A stretch of 64,000 nucleotides of DNA, counting the filler, from Asterionella formosa (Eukaryota), in assembly GCA_002256025.1 (NCBI GenBank). It is 16 parts of 16 records of this genome, joined end to end, with 100 filler letters (N's around TTAATTAATTAA, not from the genome) between each part and the next. Parts side by side here need not be neighbours in the genome. Positions count along the whole stretch, not along the records: positions 55,571 to 57,604 come from NKIB01000578.1; positions 57,705 to 59,738 come from NKIB01000579.1; positions 59,839 to 61,872 come from NKIB01000580.1; positions 61,973 to 64,000 come from NKIB01000595.1; 12 more parts are not named here. The stretch is one strand, 5' to 3'. Below the pieces are notes generated by a model. That model was given only the letters and a program-made list of their open reading frames with translations, searched no databases and was not told where the DNA came from. This document shows, piece by piece, positions 55,850-64,000 of the stretch (the stretch's first letter is position 1; each line of letters opens with the position of its first letter). A program made the translations under genes and the position numbers.

Positions 55850-57250
55850 TCCCCTCATCTCCAGAGGTGCTTGAATGTTGCCATCTCCAGAAAGAATAAC
55901 AACAGATTCAACCAAAAGAGGAGGAGGATGAAAATGAACTGGTGCTGATGAGTTTGCTTGCTGCTTGCCAGCTATGATGACAGCATGATGAGTGTCTCTG
56001 GTGTTTCTCAGTCCCCATCAAGGAGCAACAACAATTAATTTCTCGACCCCCCCCCCCCCCCCCCAAATGGGGGGGGGTAAAAAAAATATATAAATAAAAA
56101 TCAAGAATGGCAACTGCCAAGCAACCACCAATGTTTCCAAGGGCTTATTGCTGGACTCCTCTATTTCTAGCTACTCATCACAAAAATGGGAAGTAGTTGC
56201 TTCACAGCACAACGAAAATTTTCCCAGACAAAGAAAGACAAACAGGACCTTAACTTCTCAGTAAAGCGAACAACTGGGGACCCAAGATTTCCTGCTGAGG
56301 TCAGATACACTAAACAAATCTTTCAAAGAATCAAACAATTGAGCAGGCGCAAGTGCCAAGATTGGCTGACTCCACTGATATTGGAATAGAGAATGAACAT
56401 GATGAGCCCACCAATATTGATGACAAGCCAAATGTTCCCAATGAAATTAAAGGAACTTTTGGACAGAGTGACTACTATGGTGGAGCAACATCTGCCCCTT
56501 CTGCTGCTAATTTCTCTGGTTCAAGATTTCCTTGACCTATCATGGTTTCCCCTCGCTCAGTGTAGAGATAACGCATTGTCGAGAAAAGTGCTGTCTCTTG
56601 TTCTTTCTATGCAGTTGCTTCACAAGCCTAGTAGAATTGATACTGACAACCTATAGCAGCAACAACAACAGCAGAATGATATGATGATGCATGTCAATCA
56701 TGTAATCTATGTCAAATCATGGGGTAACTCCAACAATCATCTCAACTGCCAGTACTGAAACTATTCAGGAAATGATGAATTCGATGATTGCTTCGAACAT
56801 GATATCAATGCATTAAACAATACAAAGCCAAAATCCAACCTCAACAGGTGCTATCTATGCACAACAAGCAAACTTTGACTTGGTCTGACTCAAATGATGT
56901 TTGAACATAAAAAACAATAATAGTAGCTATGAGTGATGATTTTAACAACTTAAGATTAATTCATTCTTAGATAAAAATGAAAGTTGTGATGATAAATAAT
57001 CATAAATTTAAAAAAATTACATGAATTACATGGCTTGTATATTAGCATGATTGCTTTTCCTTTGCAAATATGTCATATGCACTGAAGCAATTTGGTTCTG
57101 ACTAACTTTGTTAGCACAAAAGTTGTAGAGCAATAAAAATTTTGGAGAAATAATTTCTCTCACCATCTTCATAACAAAATTTCTCTTTGATTCTTGCGTT
57201 TAACCGCCATGGACCATGTACTATAGCAATAAATGTAGTAAATGAATGCA
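55850..57250. mobile_element. Degraded PIF/Harbinger-like element: accessory-ORF relic (+) converging on a transposase C-terminus relic (-)
   Basis: + strand KRTTGDPRFPAEVRYTKQI; - strand RIKEKFCYEDGER.../LLLYNFCANKVSQNQIASVHM; recognised from memory of stramenopile Harbinger-like proteins. Confidence 0.45.
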
Positions 57251-57704
57251 ATATTTCTTCAAGACCTAAAATCGATCCATAATTAGATGTCAGAGACTGT
57301 AATTCACAGTAGAAATTGCTTCCAACACACCAAAAATTGACACAAATCGCAGTCATGATCTCACTAACAATGTTAAAACCTACAGCAAGAAAACAGCCTC
57401 AACCACCCAAAAAGTAAGAGTTGATATCTATTTCTTTGGATAAGACTATAGTGTCACTTACTTAAAAATGTATAGTACATCTAAGACGCGAAATACGCCA
57501 CTTTTCGAAATTTCGTCTACGTATGAGTGTTAATTATGTGGTACTTCACATGCATTAATGCCACTCTTCACGTAAAAAAGATTACTTTTAACGGTTTCAT
57601 GTGANNNNNNNNNNNNNNNNNNNNNNNNNNNNNNNNNNNNNNNNNNNNTTAATTAATTAANNNNNNNNNNNNNNNNNNNNNNNNNNNNNNNNNNNNNNNN
57701 NNNN

Positions 57705-59520
57705 ATTGGTTTCCTTTCTCTGTCAACCTGCCAACACTTATCAAATTTCGAGCAAAACCGGGAACAACCATCACTTTTTCCAATTTCAGTGTTTTCTATG
57801 TGTCCTTCTGCTCCAGAGTTAAATCACCAATTGCTGTTGCCTTAAGGGTTTCATTGCTTCCAACCCTCACATGCTCAGTCTGCAAATTACTCATTTTTAT
57901 AGTGTTGATGGACACATGAGTTGTTGCTCCTGAGTCAACAAGCCAGCTTTTATGTCCACTCTCTGTGACAGGGCTCATGGTTTTCAATGAATTTGTAACA
58001 AAAACGTCCTCATCCCACATCCATTCTGCTCCATGGCTTGTTTTTTCCATCTGGTAAATAATTTCTTTCTCATCAACAATTACTCTGTTCTCATTTTCGT
58101 CGACATTGTCATATTCCTCCTCATCACTTGTCTCACACATATCAGCCCAGCTCATGGTCTTTTTCTCTACTTTCTTCTTTTGGCTTATCACTTGTTGGAA
58201 CTTGTTGTATTTTCTTGGTTTCCACTTAAATTCTCTTATGTCTTTCAAGACACTTCTCTTCTTCCTGTTATAGTCTGCAATTTCTTGCAAAAGTTCATAT
58301 GCGAATTTATTTGTGTCAAAATACTCTGTGACAGGGCTCATGGTTTTCAATGAATTTGTAACAAAAACGTCCTCATCCCACACCCATTCTGCTCCATGGC
58401 TTGTTTTTTCCATCTGTTAAATAATTTCTTTCTCATCAACAATTTCTCTGTTCTCGTCGTATTCTTCCTCATCACTTGTCTCACACATGTCAGCCCAGCT
58501 CATGGTCTTTTTCTCTACTTTCTTCTTTTGGCTTATCACTTGTTGGAACTTGTTGTATTTTCTTGGTTTCCACTTAATTTCTCTTATGTCTTTCAAGACA
58601 CTTCTCTTCTTCCTGTTGTAGTCTGCAATTTCTTGCAAAAGTTCAATTGCAAATTTATTTGTGTCAAAATACTCTGATTTAGCATCTTGATTCTTCTTGA
58701 CATCATCCTCCCGGATATCAGCTCCACGGATTGTCATACCAACAAACATACCAGACTCTTCCTTCTTTGGACAATCTCTTGCAATGTGACCAAATCCGCC
58801 GTAACTGTAGCACTTCACCTTCGGTCTTTCAATGTCTTTCTCTCCACTGTTGTTGCTGTTGCCATTGCTTCTGCAGTCTCTTGCTCTGTGGCCTTGTCTT
58901 CCACACTTGTTGCATTTACCTTTAAAGTTCTCCAGGCACCTTTTCCACTTGTAGTATTCAGAGCCAGATGCTTTCCTCTTTCCTTGTTCTCTCTTTGATC
59001 TTGATTTTCGCGATTTTGACGATTTTTGAATGGCTCCGCAAACATCTCATAATGGCCAGCCAATGATCTCAGCAATGAAGTCCTTATTGTCAAATCCTTT
59101 TGTACCAATCTTTCCATTTAGAGATGAAATCACTGATGCATATCTTCGTTTTGGTAGTCTTGCTAATATAGTTGCTTGCATTTGCTCTTCACTGCGTCTT
59201 GATCCATTTTCGCACTTTTCCACTTCTCTGTTCAATCGTTCCATTTCGACAATCCAAAGGTAGGGATCATCTATGTCTGATTTCATGTAACACTTTTCAA
59301 GCTTGGTTGTTGCTTTTTCCAAATCTTTTGTCTTCTTTGAGTTGTACCGGTCCTTGAGAGCTTGAAACATTTGGTATGCTGTTTCATATGATTCAATGAT
59401 TGCAAAAGCGTCACCTCTGCATGACAAAATAAGAAAATGCTTTGCTTCATCATCTTGTCTCACCAACTACATCTCTTCTTTTGTCAAATCTTCTTTCTCT
59501 GACCAACTTGCTTCACTCAT
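57705..59520 (-). mobile_element. Ty1/Copia gag-protease relic with an internal ~360-bp tandem duplication
   Basis: Gag-like LILSCRGDAF...AYQMFQALKDRY...DPYLWIVEMERLN; degenerate Zn knuckle KCYSYGGFGHIARDCPKK; aspartic protease WLVDSGATTHV; stops and frameshifts. Confidence 0.85.
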
Positions 59521-59838
59521 CCTTTGCACAATCACTTCTTGTCTTTGTGACCTTAACTTCCACAAGCAATTGTTTTTAAAAACGTGTTGAGATGTTCCAG
59601 ATCTACTTGATAGTACTTACACAACTAGTGTCCAGTACTACTAGTTCTCCACTAGCTAGTTTTCGACAACACTTTAATCTACTTTCAGATTAACCCCTTT
59701 CAATGTTGTGATTACTTCAGATTACTTTTTCTATCAATNNNNNNNNNNNNNNNNNNNNNNNNNNNNNNNNNNNNNNNNNNNNTTAATTAATTAANNNNNN
59801 NNNNNNNNNNNNNNNNNNNNNNNNNNNNNNNNNNNNNN

Positions 59839-61097
59839 TTGGAAACCACGAGACAGTATTGCAGATTCTGATTGAACGTGTGTCCCACATCCAGATGCGG
59901 TAGCAGCGATAGGAATCCACAGCAGGGCCGACATACCAACCATCGAGAGCATGCGGAGCCCATGTGGTGCGGTGTTGGGGCTTGGTATGAACAAGGACCC
60001 GACAGCCAGGTGGAGCAAGGGGGACACGGTTGTAATCATAGGTTCCATTGACCTGTGCCCAAGCAGACAGTTTGGGGTTGATGCGTGAGCCACGGAGGAG
60101 GTTAAGAGTAAGTTCAGCTTGAACTAGTAGTTGGTCCCACAAGTGGAGAGGAAAGTGTTTGTCGACACTGCATAGACCGGCAATGAAATGATTTTGAAAG
60201 GTGCGAATTGCATGTTCAGCGGCATTGCGACGATGGACAGCCGGCGGGACCAACTGAAAGTCAATAGCTTCGGCGTCCAAGAAGTCTTTGAGGAGTGTAG
60301 AACACTCATTGTCAAGGCGTTGAAGTTTGGGACGTAGGCCAGCTTTGCACAAACGTTGATGAAATGCTTTATATGCTGCAAGGAGGCAGGAAGCGGTTCG
60401 GTTATTAAAGGGCTGAACGAAAATGTAGTTGCTGTCATAATCATATAAAATCATAATGTAGTTGTTTCCAGTGCTGGAGGGGAGTATGAATTTTCCGGTT
60501 TGATCAGTGTAAATTTGGCCTGTGGGTGCAATAATGGACGCAAAACACATATGGGTAGGGGTTGCAAGACACTCAGGGTGGAAATCAGCATCACCCAACA
60601 CATTGGTAGTAGGAATGGATGCAAGTTCAGGCTCAATGATAGTTGGGGGCACACGTGTGGATCGTACGTTTTGACGTGTTTGATCGAGGTGGCCTTTGAT
60701 GGTTGCGATGGAATGAGGGGGATGTTTGCGTAGTGCAGCTAAGGTTAGACCTGGAAAATTGACAAGATACCCATGGAGTAATGCGCTTTCCAAAGTGGAG
60801 ATAACAGGAGAAAAGAGGGCCGCATGGGCAAAGGCAACAAGGGCTGGTGCATTGGGACTGCCAATGGCGGTAGCAGCGTAGTGGGTAGTGGGTAGGGGTA
60901 GGCAATGGTGGATCAATAGTGGCGGTGGTGACATGCCATAATCATTTGGTGGTGGAGCAGTGATGGCCCTGAAGGATGCAATGACCATCAGATAAGACAG
61001 ACATGTGTAGTTTAGTGAAGAGTACCTCGTAGCCAGACTCACATAGTTGTCCAATGCTCAATAAAGAGCAATTGTGTAGACCAGGGACAATGTGTAC
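59839..61097 (-). mobile_element. Ty1/Copia pol fragment (post-protease region and integrase)
   Basis: HIVPGL...SLLSIGQLC; IYTDQTGKF...YDYDSNYI...RLDNECS...HRRNAAEHAIRTFQNHFIAGL (DDE integrase)...ALDGWYVGPA...YRCYR. Confidence 0.92.
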
Positions 61098-61364
61098 TGT
61101 TGAAATTGCGTCCCGAAGCACTCTATGCTTTCTTGTATCCTGTAAGGACACGTCAGGGACCAAATAGGCTGTAGATATAACAACGATGTCTCCGTGATCG
61201 ATTGTAATCGTTCCTAAGAGTTTTAATAGAATTATGGGTTTTTTACTGTTGGCGTAGATTGTTTTCGAATTCTCTGGTACCATATTCTTTCTTGATTCAT
61301 TCGATTCAATATGTAGTAGGTAATTTATACCGGGATTTTCTTTCCTAAAATATTTTCTCCAACA
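61098..61364 (-). repeat. 3' LTR (267 bp) of a second Copia element
   Basis: Minus strand starts TGTTGG right after the purine-rich CAGCAGGAGTG (PPT) and ends TCAACA; TGTTG/CAACA terminal inverted repeat. Confidence 0.85.
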
Positions 61365-61386
61365 CACTCCTGCTGGACACGGATGC

Positions 61387-61872
61387 TTACTTTGAATTCA
61401 TAATTTCCTGACGAAAATGAATAAATTTCATTCCAACCAGTGGTTTCGTCATGTAGTCTGCTAACATTGCATCCGATGGACAGTACTTGATTTGTACTTC
61501 CTTTCTTTCAATAAGATATTTGATGTTGAAATGTCGCATGCGTTTTCCTGAACTTGCTTTTCCATTTGCTTCTAGCTTCATTGCGCTAGTGTTGTCACGG
61601 TAAATGACATTCGTAGTCACCTTGTGTCCTTGTGCTTCAATAAATAATTTCGTCCACAACACCTTTGATATGATGTCATCGACACCAACCAATTCTGCTT
61701 CAGTCGAACTTCTAGTGTTCACTTTCTGTTTTGTAGACATAGAACAGATAATTCCGTTTCCAAGTGACATTGTAGCTCCTGTGTGACTTTTAAAATCTTT
61801 GTGCACTGCAAACGCCGCATCAACGTACCATTTAATGCTCTGAGTGTCATCAGCACTCATAGTTGCAACCTC
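61387..61872 (-). mobile_element. Ty1/Copia RNase H domain (3' end of pol)
   Basis: WYVDAAFAVHKDFKSHTG...KQKVNTRSSTEAELVG...YRDNTSAM...RHFNIKY...MLADYMTKPL. Confidence 0.93.
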
Positions 61873-62944
61873 NNNNNNNNNNNNNNNNNNNNNNNNNNNN
61901 NNNNNNNNNNNNNNNNTTAATTAATTAANNNNNNNNNNNNNNNNNNNNNNNNNNNNNNNNNNNNNNNNNNNNGAACAAAGTTCAACAAGATCGAAACAAT
62001 GGCCAGCTCAGCAGTAATTACCGTCTGCTTCTCGTCAAGTTGATCTTGCACTTTTGAGCGTGTACCAAAATTGACTTTGATCAGTCAAAGAATGTTGAAA
62101 GTACTGAAGGGGTGCAAGGTTAGATGTACTATTGAGGGCCTTGGAGTTCGTTAATTGAGAAAACCAAGACCTCCTATGTATATGTATATGTAAAGTAGGT
62201 AGAATGTTCAAAACCATGTCTAAGTATTATAGCTACAGGTACCAAGGGGGTACCTGGTAGTATGACGATAATACTTCTGGTCCCTGGAGTACCTGGTACC
62301 GGTAGCTAAAATACTCTGCCTGAAGCGTGAAAAGATGGTTCTTAGGACCAATATGTTCCATAAAAATTTGACCATTGGTGAGTCTACTGGGACAATTAGT
62401 CTAGGCTAATAATGCCAGTACATTTGAGCAATTGTTCTTATATTTTGGTTGCAGGATGACTTAGCTAGTAGGCTAGCTTGCTCTACAATACCCCCCTCCG
62501 CCAGTCTACCCTAACAGTACTACATACTACATAAAGGGTGTCAAGGTGTAACATAGTTACTCATCAATAGAGTCCTCCTAACAAGGCCAGACAAAGCTTT
62601 TTATCTTTGTTGAATTTTGTTGCTCAGCCCAAATTCTTTTATCTCCTTATTTGGCCAATGGGTTTTGAATCTATGGATGCAGTCATTAAGAACTCAGTTG
62701 CTCTTGAATCACCAGCCAGCTGTTGATGAGGGTTTGTAAGAAATCCACTTATCACCAATTGTTTCTCTTATTAGATTTCTTACATAACAATTGAAAATGA
62801 TGTGCAAGCATTCACATCATCAAAGAAAGTTAGGGATATGGATACAAAACTTCATTAACATGAGAATGTCAAGGAGAAGACCACCAGAAAGACATGTAAG
62901 TCTAATAGCCAGAATGCAGTCTGGATAGATATGCTGATCTGTAC

Positions 62945-62995
62945 GGAGGGAATGGCTTAGTTGGTTGATCAAATCGCTGTGTGGTTCGATTCTCG
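62945..62995 (+). ncRNA. Second tRNA-derived Pol III-box element, related to 19969-20032
   Basis: GGAGGGAATGGCTTAGTTGGTTG (A box) and GGTTCGATTCTC (B box-like); a further GGGTTCAACTCCC at ~63020. Confidence 0.4.
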
Positions 62996-63784
62996 AAATT
63001 TTTTTGAGAAGTAATTGTTGGGTTCAACTCCCACACTTCTTACCATTCCACATGGTCTTGCTTTGTGTGCAAGAAACAGTGGCCGCCTTCCTAGGCGGTT
63101 GGAGTTTCCCCTGACACTGCAGCAGCCAAGACAATCAACTTTCGCGAAAAGTAGTTGGGGACTTCGCCTACTATGCTAACAAAACAAAGGAAGCACAGGT
63201 CTTGTTGGACTGGCAGGTAGCTAGCACATTGAATACTTGCCTTGAAATAGGGGAGTGCAAACTGGCTATAACCCAGATTGTCATTGATTTGTACTGCTTG
63301 CATCAGAACTTGCTTTTGCTTTCACAGCATCAACTGTCATGGAAGGTTGAATTAATTCTAGTACTAGGTGACTGAAAGCTCGAAAGAAATGCAATATTCA
63401 TGATAGAACCCACTTTTTCATGGAGAAGCCTTGCGCATCAATTCCTTCATGCTATGCATTGGTACTCTGATTTAGCTGATCACATTGACTTCGACTTTGT
63501 GGATTCAACAAATGATAATGCAATTGCTGCAATCAACATAAAGAATCTCTGTTGCTTGTGTATTTCCCATTCTGAATCAAGCAAACCAGTGAAAACCAAA
63601 CTGTAGCTACTAAGGCAGGTCTGGGTGATTACTTGTCAATGATCAGGCAGATTGTCTGATAGAGTGACAGCAGTTATGCTACATTTCCATAATTGTGCTG
63701 ATACACCCATGCTTGGGGAGAAAGGAAAAGAGGCTAACTAATTCGCATTTACAGCAATAAATGGGTAGCATTGTATTGCTGCGA

Positions 63785-64000
63785 AGATTTGACGAAATGC
63801 ACAACTTTTGTTCCTTGTCAACAAGATACAAAAATTGTATCTTGGTTAAGATTTGTCCTAAATGTATGTAGTAAAGATTTGACGAAATACCTAACAACTT
63901 TTGTTCCTTGTCAACAAGAAACAAAAATTGTATCTCGGCTAAGGTTTTGCCTATATCCAAGTAGTGAAGATTTGATGAAATTCACGACTTGTGTTCCTTG
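63785..64000. repeat. Tandem repeat with ~90-bp unit, at least 2.3 copies, running off the window
   Basis: aagatttga.gaaat...acttttgttccttgtcaacaaga.acaaaaattgtatct.gg.taag starting at ~63785, ~63873 and ~63967. Confidence 0.9.

Noticed and set aside
31963..61972. Regularly spaced TTAATTAATTAA palindromes about every 2.14 kb
   Set aside because: Artificial six-frame-stop linkers embedded in Ns; ORFs ending XXXLIN are artefacts

Overview
Eukaryotic nuclear DNA, most consistent with a diatom or other stramenopile. The evidence is short 79-94 bp GT-AG introns, Copia retroelements of the diatom type and diatom-style LRR and Hint proteins. Only 1-31962 is one scaffold. After that the window is about 15 unrelated ~2.03-kb contigs joined by artificial 100-bp linkers (N44-TTAATTAATTAA-N44), so neighbourhood there has no biological meaning. 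The scaffold carries a spliced DnaJ/DnaJ-X gene, an intronless ~2620-aa secreted protein of seven LRR+Cys-rich super-modules with a GPI-like tail, a polysaccharide pyruvyl transferase pseudogene, a truncated AMP-binding protein, a TIR-bounded CACTA/CMC-like relic, mitochondrial uS5, a 2OG-Fe(II) oxygenase-like gene and a Harbinger fragment. The small contigs hold the most striking gene: a secreted pappalysin/ulilysin-type (M43) metalloprotease fused to a Hedgehog-type Hog (Hint + sterol-recognition-like) autoprocessing module with a C-terminal membrane segment. They also hold a signal-peptide/KSEL type II peroxiredoxin, a KEN-box/CDK-site-rich orphan, an NFD4/Mch1-like MFS transporter, a mosaic 72-bp LRR array, a GNAT protein with a basic tail, nested Copia elements and tRNA-derived SINE-like heads. 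All calls come from reading motifs by eye; no database searches were run.
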